Shown one piece after another: positions 28,525-37,740 of a stretch of 64,000 nt of DNA. The notes under the pieces were generated by a model. That model ran no database searches, was not told the DNA's origin, and was given only the letters and a program-made list of their open reading frames with translations. Position 1 is the stretch's first letter. Each line of letters begins with the position of its first letter. Both the position numbers and the translations under genes were made by a program. Source of the DNA: Candidatus Flemingiibacterium sp. (GTDB lineage Bacteria > Bacillota > Clostridia > Oscillospirales > CAG-272); the NCBI GenBank assembly GCA_045644145.1, contig JAZRGK010000058.1, forward strand, positions 557-64,556, written 5' to 3'.

Positions 28525-29789
28525 TGACAGAGCAAATCATGGTACTACTTCACGGCTTTATAGTCCTGCTGTTCGGCGTATTTTTGTCCGCCTCATTTGC
28601 AAACATCCCGCTGAATAAAAAGAATACTCTTATAATGCTGCTTTTTTCCGTCTTAACGGGTGCACTTCAATGGGTCATTCAAATTTTCGTCAGCGAGTCT
28701 TTTTTGTGGAAGGCGTATCCACTCATCACGCATCTGCCGCTCATACTCTTTATTGTATTTTTCTTTGGCAAGCGTCCAATCTCCGCGATCGTTTCGACAT
28801 TTACTGCATACCTGCTGTGCCAGCCCGCGAAGTGGTTCGGTGTGCTCACCTATTCGCTGTCCGATAATAAAATCGCAGAATTCTGTGCAAGAATTGCAGT
28901 CCTGCTCACCGTTTTTGTTGTAACGCTTATATTTTTATCACGCTCATTTTCGGAAATATTCGAAAAGGATACGAAAAGCGTTTGTATATTCGCGATAGTC
29001 CCGACGGTATATTATGTGTTCGACTATTCAACCGTTGTTTACACAAGCATATGGACTGACAACAACCGCATCGCCGCAGAGTTTTTACCGTTTTTTCTGT
29101 GCATTATGTTTACGGTATTCTGCGTTGTATACTACAAAGAGCACGAGAAAAAGTCCGATGCCGAGCGAAACGAGCAGATAATACGCATCACCGTCGAGGA
29201 GCAGGCAAAGGAGCTCGAAGCATTCAAACGGAGCGAGCGTGAAATTAAAATGCTCCGACACGATCTGCGTCTGTTTTTGGCTACACTTTCCGTGTGTGTT
29301 GATACAGACGATAAGGCGACTGCAAGGGATTTGATAAATTCCTACACGGAACAGGTCGACAGATCAAAGCCGAAGCGTTTTTGCGCGAATGATACCGTAA
29401 ATTACGTTCTCTCGGATTTTGACGCAAAATGTGAAGCGCATGAAGTCAAGTTTGTCCATTCAGTCGGCGTTGAAAACATATCCGTAAATGAGATCATGTT
29501 TTCTTCCATACTCTCAAATGCACTTGACAATGCCCTCAACGCAGTAATAGAGCTTCCGCTTGAGCAGCGTACCGTTTCTCTTATGCTTAAAGCAGCAAAC
29601 GGCAAGATTCTTCTCTCTGTGAAAAATCCCATAAGCAAAAAGCCCGTCTTTTCAGACGGACTTCCGGTAGCGAGCCAAAAGGGTCACGGATACGGCACAA
29701 AAAGCATCCGTTATATGACAGAAAAGCTCTGCGGCAATTGTCAATTCACCGCAGACGATGAGCTTTTCATGACAAGAGTTATAATATGA
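28524..29789 (+). CDS. AgrC-like GHKL sensor histidine kinase
   Basis: Multi-TM N-terminus; LRHDLR H-box, NALDNA, GHGYGTKSI. Confidence 0.92.
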   Translation: MTEQIMVLLHGFIVLLFGVFLSASFANIPLNKKNTLIMLLFSVLTGALQWVIQIFVSESFLWKAYPLITHLPLILFIVFFFGKRPISAIVSTFTAYLLCQPAKWFGVLTYSLSDNKIAEFCARIAVLLTVFVVTLIFLSRSFSEIFEKDTKSVCIFAIVPTVYYVFDYSTVVYTSIWTDNNRIAAEFLPFFLCIMFTVFCVVYYKEHEKKSDAERNEQIIRITVEEQAKELEAFKRSEREIKMLRHDLRLFLATLSVCVDTDDKATARDLINSYTEQVDRSKPKRFCANDTVNYVLSDFDAKCEAHEVKFVHSVGVENISVNEIMFSSILSNALDNALNAVIELPLEQRTVSLMLKAANGKILLSVKNPISKKPVFSDGLPVASQKGHGYGTKSIRYMTEKLCGNCQFTADDELFMTRVII

Positions 29790-30174
29790 CACATCAGCGA
29801 TATTTGTACTATCAAGCCGCGTTACACATCGTACGAGCATCACGTTTTCTTTGTCTTATGCGCCTCAAATATTGCTTCATAAGTTTGACCACAGAGTTGA
29901 CCACTTTCACGCATGGACTACATGTACACAACGCACACGAAAGCGTCAAACGAAAAAACTTCCGCTCTGTATGTGGTCAAAAAGCGCTAAAAAAGCCCGT
30001 CACCACGGGCTTTTACGGCTTTGGGAGCATGCAGTCGTTTTCGGCTGTGATTTTCAAAAAAGCGAGCAAACGGGCGAAAAACGGCGGAAACGCGAGGAAA
30101 TCGTGATCGAGCGGTGGCGGAAAATGCGGCTTGACCACAGGTTTGACCATAGTTGAGAAAAAATTGAATATTTT

Positions 30175-30249
30175 CGGGGTGTTGCCTAATGGTAAGGCGC
30201 TTGGTTTGGGAGCAGGATGTCGCAGGTTCAAATCCTGTCATTCCGACCA
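30175..30249 (+). tRNA. tRNA-Pro(TGG), chimeric with mispaired stems
   Basis: Cloverleaf with loop TTTGGGA, GGTTCAAATCC T-arm and CCA end; anticodon stem CTTGG/GCAGG has a G-G mismatch. Confidence 0.8.
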
Positions 30250-30256
30250 AAAATGG

Positions 30257-30290
30257 CAGATGTCCCGTAATGGGACATCTGACGTTTTTC
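30257..30290 (+). terminator. Terminator after tRNA-Pro
   Basis: CAGATGTCCC-GTAAT-GGGACATCTG then T-rich tail. Confidence 0.7.
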
Positions 30291-30337
30291 TTTGAAAATG
30301 TGAGGATGCTGAAACCGAAAAATCCTACATATTATAT

Positions 30338-30414
30338 GGAAGCATAGCTCAGCTGGTTAGAGTACTTGCTTGACATGCAAGGGGTCACTGGTTCGATTCC
30401 AGTTGTTTCCACCA
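30338..30414 (+). tRNA. tRNA-Val(GAC)
   Basis: Acceptor GGAAGCA/TGTTTCC, anticodon arm CTTGC-TTGACAT-GCAAG, GGTTCGATTCC, CCA end. Confidence 0.97.
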
Positions 30415-30416
30415 TG

Positions 30417-30444
30417 AAAACCATCGCGAAAGCGGTGGTTTTTT
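30417..30444 (+). terminator. Terminator after tRNA-Val
   Basis: AAAACCATCGC-GAAA-GCGGTGGTTTTTT. Confidence 0.8.
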
Positions 30445-30543
30445 CGTAGGTGGGATGTGCGCAGACCACAGAATTGACCACTTATAAAATATAAAAAACC
30501 CCTTATGATTAAAAATAAATAATAGATATAACGAGGCTGTTTT

Positions 30544-31113
30544 ATGAATGAAATGAAAGAAATAAATGAAGATGAATCTATACTACTTCAACATTTAGCT
30601 ATTCCATCCTTTTTGGCAGAACTTTTTAATGCCGATTTTTTAAATAGCGAATATTTCAAAAACTTACATTATGAAAATGAAATACACAAAGATATTTTAC
30701 GTCGATCTGGGCTTGGCAATCCCGCATGCATGCAAATCATGCTATATTCTCTATTAGTAGTTCCGCAAGAACTACTGTCCAAGCCACAATTTAAATCCTT
30801 TGAGAATTATCAACTAAAGCATTTAAATCCTAAAATACCCACTTACATCGAAGACGGAACTTACTCTACCTATGAAAATGAAGATACTTGTGAAAAAATC
30901 AATTATGTTAGACACATCCGAAATTCTATAGCACATGCTAATATGCATTATTTTGAACGAAACGGAATACCACATGTAAAATTTATTGACAGTTCATTAG
31001 ATAAGAAATCTAAGTGTGAGATTGTTATGCAGTGCAGATATGTCGGATCAATTTTAATGGATTTGCAAAAGAACACTATGAATCTTCTCGATTCTATGCT
31101 ATTTTCTAAATAA
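30544..31113 (+). CDS. HEPN-domain protein (pEK499_p136-like), putative RNase
   Basis: RHIRNSIAH R-X4-H motif and upstream LYSLLVVPQE segment; AT-rich. Confidence 0.7.
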   Translation: MNEMKEINEDESILLQHLAIPSFLAELFNADFLNSEYFKNLHYENEIHKDILRRSGLGNPACMQIMLYSLLVVPQELLSKPQFKSFENYQLKHLNPKIPTYIEDGTYSTYENEDTCEKINYVRHIRNSIAHANMHYFERNGIPHVKFIDSSLDKKSKCEIVMQCRYVGSILMDLQKNTMNLLDSMLFSK

Positions 31114-31191
31114 ACATAAGAATATTTCCGCACAATAGTGCATCTACGGTCAATACCTTTTCATAAAATTTCTGAAAAATTTATTTTCCGT

Positions 31192-31219
31192 TTTCTTTGT
31201 TTACCCCGACGCAAATTTT
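31192..31219 (+). repeat. 28-bp site 1
   Basis: TTTCTTTGTTT-ACCCCG-ACGCAAATTTT. Confidence 0.7.
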
Positions 31220-31252
31220 AAAGGGCGACCGCCTTGGTCGCCCTTCTCTCTA

Positions 31253-32555
31253 TCACGCATTCGCCGCCTTTTTCATCTCCGCAATCTCCGCTTTCATCTC
31301 GCGTATCATTTCTGCCAGCTTCTCCTCGCATTCTTCTCTCGTGTTGGCGTACACATTCCTCGCCATCCGCTTGCCGCCCACTTTCGGCGAATAGCGCCCC
31401 TCGTATAGATGCTCGTTTATCATCGATATACATCCCGTGCCGGGCTTGCGAATCTTGCCTGTGTACGGCTCAAATTTCGCCTCTGTGGCGTTTTCTTGCA
31501 GTTTGTCGGTACTTGCCGCCTTGCTTTCGCTCATATCCGCCATCTCCGCGTTTGTGCCGCCTATCTCGCGATCGATCTTCGCCGCCGCTTGCTGCTGCAT
31601 AGTGTCTGTAATATGGCTGTAGATATCAAGCGTAGTTTCCGCGCTGACGTGACCGATCATAGCAGATAGCGTCTTTACATCCATCCCGTTCTCGATCGCC
31701 ATCGTGGCAAAGGTGTGGCGCAGATCGTGAAACCGCACCTTCTTGCATTTAGCACGCTCGAGTATCAGCTGAAACCGACGGTACACCGCCGACGGATCTC
31801 TCGGTGCATCTTCTTTCACTGGTGACGGGAACATCCACTCGCTTTTTGCTGTTTGTTTCATCTCCGTGAGTAGTTGCACCATTTCCTTCGCTAACCGTAT
31901 CGTGCGTATTGAAGATTTCGTCTTGAGCGTAGATACTGTAGTTTTGCCTTCAACCTTCACCACTTGTCGTGAGATATTGAGGTCGCCCGTCTGCGTTAGC
32001 ACCTGCATTTCTTTTGATTTCTTCGGTGGCAGTTTGCATCAGATTGCGGGATTTGTTGTGATCAGTCCCTCGGCAACCGCCTTTTCGAGTGCCGCTCTGC
32101 ATGTGGTGTGACATGAGCGCACCATGCGGGCGGACAATCCCTCGCCGTATTTTTCGGTTAGGTGCTTTCGCCCCGATTTTTCAGCTTTGCGTAAAACTGC
32201 TGCAGGTCGTTCTGCGTGAGCTTATTGAGCGGTATTTTGCCTATCATTGGAATGATGTGCGTATATATTCTGTTTTCATAACACGCTTGTGTTTTAGGTT
32301 TTACCGTCAGCTTGCAGAAGTTTTGATACCAGAAATCAAGCCAGTCGCCAAACGGCATGTCTGCCTTTAATTTCTCATTTGACCGACCGCACTCCTCTTT
32401 TAGTGCTTTGAGCTTTTGCGCACACTCCGTCTTGGTATCCGCCAAGACGTTTTTGGTTTTGGGATAACCGTTATCGTTGTATCCGACAACTACACGGCCT
32501 TCCCAACGTCCGTCCTTACGAAGGAATATACTACCCTCGCCGTTCTTTTTGCCAT
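31253..32555 (-). pseudogene. Tyrosine integrase 2 (Tn916-like), disrupted
   Basis: NGEGSIFLRKDGRWEGR arm-binding domain; RFHDLRHTFAT, GHVS..TTLDIYSH; frameshifts near 32545 and 32175, stop near 32040, catalytic box I deleted near 31990. Confidence 0.9.
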
Positions 32556-32571
32556 GATATATTCCCACTTT

Positions 32572-33062
32572 TTACATTATCATAATATTTTTCATCATAT
32601 TACTAACCACTTCCGAGGCATTCTTCTCCATATCGGCGGTTACATGCGTGTAAGTATCAAGCGTAAAGCTTGCATTGGTGTGGCCGAGTATGCCTGAGAG
32701 CGTTTTTGCATCCACTCCGCCTTGCATTGCGTGGGTGGCGAAGGTATGACGCAGGTCGTGGAAGCGTACCATTGGCAGCTCAGCACGTTTCAGAAGCGCT
32801 TTCAGCTTACGGTATGCCGCGGCAAGATTAACCGGATACTCGGGATGAAACAAATTCGGGAATATCCATTCACTTACCGCTGTTTTCTGTCGTGTGCGAA
32901 GCATCTCGATCACGCTTTGCGGTAGCGTGATACTGCGCACACCTTTGTCTGTCTTGGTTTCGCCGATATTTACTCCCCCTCCTTTCTTTACCGACACTGA
33001 TCTCTGTATGCGAAGTTTGCCGGTATCCATGTTGAAGTCGCTCCACTTGAGTCCACATATCT
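32572..33062 (-). pseudogene. Tyrosine integrase 1, 5'-truncated
   Basis: ICGLKWSDF...RFHDLRHTFAT...LGHTNASFTLDTYTH; N-terminal half missing. Confidence 0.9.
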
Positions 33063-33379
33063 TTCCGCAACTGCGAGGCCTTGGCATGAACTCTATGGCA
33101 TATACCTACGGCATTGCCGATCTCACCGAAGCAACATCATATTTCGCACATCCGGTTTTGTCAGCTCGGCTTATCGGGATGTGCGAGGTGTTGCTTACGC
33201 ATAAAAACAATAATGCTGAATATATTTTCGGCTATACCGATGCGATGAAACTACGATCCTCTATGACTCTGTTCGCTTTGGTCAGCGAAAACGGCTCTGT
33301 GTTTCATAGAGTATTAGAGCAGTTTTATTCAGGCAAAATGGATAATAGGACTTTAGAGATTTTACAACGTCAACAGTGA
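33057..33379 (+). pseudogene. DUF1810 family gene, 5'-truncated
   Basis: IFPQLRGLG...YGIADLTEATSYFAHPVL...DAMKLRSSMTLF; N-terminus absent. Confidence 0.8.
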
Positions 33380-33420
33380 TACGTAAAACGCCGATGAGGA
33401 ATCGAAACCTCATCGGCTGT

Positions 33421-33448
33421 TTTCTTTGTCTAATGCGGCGCAAATATT
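33421..33448 (+). repeat. 28-bp site 2
   Basis: TTTCTTTGTCT-AATGCG-GCGCAAATATT, directly after a GCCGATGAGG hairpin. Confidence 0.85.
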
Positions 33449-33528
33449 GCACTCCACTCCCCTTGACCAATTCACGAATTTATGGTACAACATACCCACA
33501 CCAATCTCACTACACACGAGGGCACACC

Positions 33529-34182
33529 ATGGAAAACATCACCATCCGTTTAGAAACCAAAAAAGACTACCGCGCAGTCGAGGAACTCACACGCGAGGCG
33601 TTTTGGAACGTCTACAAGCCCGGCGCGGACGAGCATTACTATGTACACATGATGCGTTCTCATCCCGATTTCATCCCCGAGCTTGCGTTCATACTTGAAA
33701 AGGACGGTGAAATCGTGGGCAACATCATGTACACGAAGGCGTGGCTTGAGGACGAGAACGGCAATCGCAAAGAGATACTCTCCTTCGGACCGCTTTGCGT
33801 TGCTCCCAAGTATCAGCGTCAGAAGCTCGGAAAGATTCTCATCGAGCACTCCTTCAATGTGGCACGCAAGATGGGATATGACGTGAACATCAATTTCGGC
33901 AATCCCGGCAACTATGTCAGCCGCGGATTTGTCAGTTGCAAAAAGAAAAACGTCAGCTTTGTCGTGGACGGCAACTTCCCGACGGCACTTCTCGTAGCCG
34001 AGCTTGTTCCGGGCGTGCTTGACGGCAAAAAGTGGATGTACATTCCCTCAACTGCCGCCGACTGCTGTGTGGACACCGCTGCTGTGGAGGCGTTCGATGC
34101 GACTTTCCCTGTGAAGGAAAAGAAGTGGATGCCGAGCCAGGAGGAGTTCTATATTTACAGCCATTCTTCGGTTGTGAGATAA
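33529..34182 (+). CDS. GNAT N-acetyltransferase (YhbS-like)
   Basis: IRLETKKDYRAVEELTREAF, GPLCVAPKYQRQKLGKILI; own promoter TTGACC-N17-TACAAC. Confidence 0.9.
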   Translation: MENITIRLETKKDYRAVEELTREAFWNVYKPGADEHYYVHMMRSHPDFIPELAFILEKDGEIVGNIMYTKAWLEDENGNRKEILSFGPLCVAPKYQRQKLGKILIEHSFNVARKMGYDVNINFGNPGNYVSRGFVSCKKKNVSFVVDGNFPTALLVAELVPGVLDGKKWMYIPSTAADCCVDTAAVEAFDATFPVKEKKWMPSQEEFYIYSHSSVVR

Positions 34183-34222
34183 ACGTAGAATGCCGATGTG
34201 ATTTCTATTCCTCATCGGCGTA

Positions 34223-34250
34223 TTTTTTTGTCTAATGCGGCGCAAATATT
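34223..34250 (+). repeat. 28-bp site 3
   Basis: TTTTTTTGTCT-AATGCG-GCGCAAATATT. Confidence 0.85.
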
Positions 34251-34399
34251 TGATGCTTGCCCCAGACGCGAGCATCGGGGAAGTAGAATATGAATATAAA
34301 AGTAAGCGTTTTCTGTCAAGACAAATTCATAACTATATGCTATAATGGTATCACAAACATACAGCTGAACGTTTGAATCAAAGATTAGGAGGGCTATTC

Positions 34400-35632
34400 A
34401 TGGAAAATAGCGATCTTATTACAAAAGCGTTGAACTATATAAGATCCGAGAATAAGAAAAGCGATATTACCATTGATGACATAGCAACCCATGCAGGCTT
34501 TTCTACGGATTACTTCAACCGTTTTTTCTTTGCACACACCGGGTTTAATATTATGGAATATGTTCGGTTCAGCAGAATGAAAAAAGCTGCACGGCTTTTA
34601 CGCGTAACGAATAACGATATTCTTGACATTGCTTTGGATTGCGGATATGAAGCACACGAAAGTTTTTCAAGAGCATTCAAAAATCAATACGGCATATCGC
34701 CGAGCGAATACAGAAAAAAGTATGAAAAAGTAGAAGCATATTACGGCGATTTTTATAATGACACAATCGGAGCAAGACTTTTGCATGAGTTCAAAAACTT
34801 CAAGATTGCTGACAGCGATGAAGTAATCGATTACCTTCTCGAAACGGATGCGCTCCGCTTCGGATATATCGCCGTTTGCTTCCGTGTCAACGGCGGTGTC
34901 GCTCTATATAATGGTGAAGACTTCAAAGAAGGTTTTGTTTGGTTTACCGAATGGGATAACCGAATTGAAGGAGAGATCATTTGTGATGATTGGGATAAAA
35001 TTGCTGAATATAAAAGTATTTTCTCGGATGAACGCTTTGATATAATTCTGTATACTATGGAATCCGATCAAGTTATTAAAAATGAATTATTTAAGCGTGG
35101 AGTAACTATAGGCACTGTCAAACGCCGTCAATACAATATCTACACCGGGGAACCGTACACACTGTCATCCATAGAAGATATTTCTATGAGACTTATCAAA
35201 TACGATGATATCGATCTTGTTGAGAAATTCTTTTATGAAAGAGATCCGAGCCGGGGAAGTAATTCTCCGAGGCTAAAGCAGTTGAAGCATGAACTGTATC
35301 AAAGAGATGTGCTTGGTAATACCGAGCATTCTGTATTTATGTACGGCATATTTAGAGGCGTACGCTTAATCGGAGTAAGCGACGGAGGGTTACAGAGCGC
35401 ACACGGATTTGTCATAAACAATTGCGTAGTAACTACTGCTTTACCGGAATATGAAACCGAAGAGCTGTATCAGTATGCTTTCAAATTTGTAACCAATGCC
35501 GCCCTTGAAAAAGGCGCATTACCGATTGACGATACACAAACGCCAAATACACCTGATGAAAACAAAAGTGGCGTTTTCAATTCTACCGACCTCGGCTATA
35601 AAACGGTTACGAACGTCTGTATTTTGAAGTAA
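34400..35632 (+). CDS. AraC-family regulator with long C-terminal domain
   Basis: ILDIALDCGYEAHESFSRAFKNQYGISPSEYR; RBS AGGAGG. Confidence 0.9.
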   Translation: MENSDLITKALNYIRSENKKSDITIDDIATHAGFSTDYFNRFFFAHTGFNIMEYVRFSRMKKAARLLRVTNNDILDIALDCGYEAHESFSRAFKNQYGISPSEYRKKYEKVEAYYGDFYNDTIGARLLHEFKNFKIADSDEVIDYLLETDALRFGYIAVCFRVNGGVALYNGEDFKEGFVWFTEWDNRIEGEIICDDWDKIAEYKSIFSDERFDIILYTMESDQVIKNELFKRGVTIGTVKRRQYNIYTGEPYTLSSIEDISMRLIKYDDIDLVEKFFYERDPSRGSNSPRLKQLKHELYQRDVLGNTEHSVFMYGIFRGVRLIGVSDGGLQSAHGFVINNCVVTTALPEYETEELYQYAFKFVTNAALEKGALPIDDTQTPNTPDENKSGVFNSTDLGYKTVTNVCILK

Positions 35633-35658
35633 TCACCTGCCCCGCCTTGCGCGGGGCT

Positions 35659-35686
35659 TTTCTTTGTCTACGGTGCCGCATTATTT
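35659..35686 (+). repeat. 28-bp site 4
   Basis: TTTCTTTGTCT-ACGGTG-CCGCATTATTT. Confidence 0.75.
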
Positions 35687-35857
35687 GGTGGTCGACACTG
35701 CGCGCTATGCTTGCCCAGACGCAAGCGTCGGGGAAAGTGGAAAATACATTTATGTCAATGAACACTTGATGTTCTTAACAACGAATTGATAATTGTTTTT
35801 TTGCAAATATATGCTATAATATAATCACACCGGTGATAAACATTTTGGAGGTACGAT

Positions 35858-36963
35858 ATGAACATTAAAATAGGTGCGATTATCAAAAAACTTCGCGCAG
35901 AAAATAACATCACACAAGAAACGCTTGCCACTGCCATAGGGGTGACACCCCAAGCGATATCTCGTTGGGAAGTCGAAGGCGGTTATCCCGACATCGAACT
36001 ACTGCCTGCACTGGCTGATTTCTTCTCCGTCAGCACTGATGAACTTCTCGGGTATAAATTGTCTGAAAGAGAACAGGAACTCGCTGACATGAAAAAGGAG
36101 ATAGAACGCCTTGCAGAGGTTGGTTCTGTTGAAGAACGAGTAGCATATGCAAGAAATGCGTATGCTCATTATCCGAACGATTATGAGATTCGTTATAATC
36201 TTGCGGTTTGCCTGTATCATGTATGGGACGAAACCCATGATGAGGCACTTTTTGCAGAGATTGAATCTCTGCTCAACTCGGTAGCCAATGAATGTAACGA
36301 TGAGAATATTCGATACGACGCCATCAATACACTTATCATACTGTATGGAGAAGTCAAACAACCTGAAAAAGCAAAAGAGTGGGCGAACCGCCTGAGCCCT
36401 ATGAAATACTGCCGCGAAACGGCGCTTTCGGCGGAATTGGTGATGGGAAAACCAAATTCTATATTCAAGATGAAATTGATAAGTTGACTGATGGCCTCGG
36501 ACTTACTATTCGTAATCTTGTACTAAACGATGATCTTCCTAACGATTCGTCCACGTGGGAGAGTAAAATTGAAATGCTCCGTATTTCTAATCAACTGTAT
36601 TTTATGATTTACGGCAACGATCTGCTTTACCATCATAACAGGCTTTCCAAGAATCACTGGCTTATCTCTACCTATCAGATAGCTCTGGGCAAAGCGGATG
36701 AGGCACTCAAATCCCTTGAAAAAATGTGCGATCATGCCGTAAGTTATGACATTTCCTATCAGAATGATCACGGCAAGTATTTCACATCCTTCTTGGTTGA
36801 TACTCAGTTCTATCCCGAAAAAAGCAAAGATTTCCACGAACTCACCGGACATACAGATTGCTATCATATGCTGGATCGTTTACAGCATGGTCGATATGAC
36901 AGTATCCGTCAGGATCCTCGTTTCGTTGCCATTGTTGAAAGATTGAATCAATACGCAATATGA
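35858..36963 (+). pseudogene. XRE-HTH/TPR-like regulator, frameshifted near 36430
   Basis: HTH ITQETLATAIGVTPQAISRWE; ORFs 35858..36487 and 36379..36963 overlap and read as one protein. Confidence 0.75.
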
Positions 36964-36991
36964 TTTCTCTTGCCCCGCCTCGCGCGGGGCA

Positions 36992-37019
36992 TTTTTTTGC
37001 CTGATACGGCGCAAATATT
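36992..37019 (+). repeat. 28-bp site 5
   Basis: TTTTTTTGCCT-GATACG-GCGCAAATATT. Confidence 0.85.
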
Positions 37020-37032
37020 GTACGCTGATCTC

Positions 37033-37175
37033 TTGACTTTCATCTCAATCCATGCTATAATAATAAAAACGAAAACGTCACCGGAGGCAGAACGCCGTAG
37101 TGTTCAATTGCCGGATTAGGTGTCCGAGTGAGCTCGGGTTATTGTGTGTGCAATAGCCGGAGTTTTATTTTTTGG
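37033..37175 (+). promoter_or_regulatory. SigA promoter and structured leader with terminator-like hairpin
   Basis: TTGACT-N17-TATAAT; CTCGGGTTATTG/CAATAGCCGGAG hairpin plus T-tract just before the RBS. Confidence 0.55.
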
Positions 37176-37184
37176 AGGCATATT

Positions 37185-37739
37185 ATGAAAAACACAACCG
37201 TAACCCTCGTACCGCTCACAGAAGACGACCGCGAACAGTTCATTCTCGATAACCAATGGTCGTTCAAATACGGCGCAATGCAGGAATTCGGCGAGCGCGA
37301 TGACCACATCGACGGCGACGGCGAGATCATCTCCCGCAAAACCATCGAGCGCTGCATCGACGATCCGCAGAACGAAACCTACCGCATCATTGTTGACGGC
37401 AGAAAGGTCGGCGGCGTGATTTTGAAGATCGACCGCGAGACTAACCACAATCACCTCGAGATTCTGTTTACCGCGCCCGAGGAGCACAGCAAAGGCATCG
37501 GATACGGCGCGTGGCTGGCAGTAGAAGCACTCCATCCCGAAACGAAGGTATGGGAAACCTGCACGCCCTATTTCGAGAAGCGCAACATCCATTTTTACGT
37601 CAACAAGTGCGGCTTCAAAATCGACCAGTTCTGGTGCGAATATTTCCAGCCGAGTGAGCTGATGATCGACGATGAGGAGCACGATCCCGACGAAGGTCCG
37701 GATGAAATGTTCCGATTTGTGAAGGTGATGAAGCCGTAA
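37185..37739 (+). CDS. GNAT N-acetyltransferase
   Basis: LFTAPEEHSKGIGYGAW, RNIHFYVNKCGF; RBS GGAGG. Confidence 0.9.
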   Translation: MKNTTVTLVPLTEDDREQFILDNQWSFKYGAMQEFGERDDHIDGDGEIISRKTIERCIDDPQNETYRIIVDGRKVGGVILKIDRETNHNHLEILFTAPEEHSKGIGYGAWLAVEALHPETKVWETCTPYFEKRNIHFYVNKCGFKIDQFWCEYFQPSELMIDDEEHDPDEGPDEMFRFVKVMKP

Positions 37740-37740
37740 G

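Larger units (their letters stand above)
1..30211. mobile_element. Genomic island (right part), probably ending in the anticodon loop of tRNA-Pro
   Basis: Accessory cargo (sigma-like HTH, DUF6809, serine recombinase, XRE, surface proteins); chimeric tRNA-Pro and paired TTGACCAC arm-like repeats at the right end; left end and integrase lie outside the window. Confidence 0.6.
29885..30481. repeat. TTGACCAC paired repeats (candidate integrase arm-type sites)
   Basis: Pairs 12 bp apart at 29885/29897, 30131/30143, 30462/30474; inverted copy at 29973-29980. Confidence 0.7.

Noticed and set aside
29786-30250. ORFs overlapping the tRNA-Pro/att region
   Set aside because: They overlap the tRNA and repeat sites and are typical spurious calls.
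31121-31131. Inverted right-arm-like AATATTTCCGC after the HEPN gene
   Set aside because: No partner arm at the expected distance.
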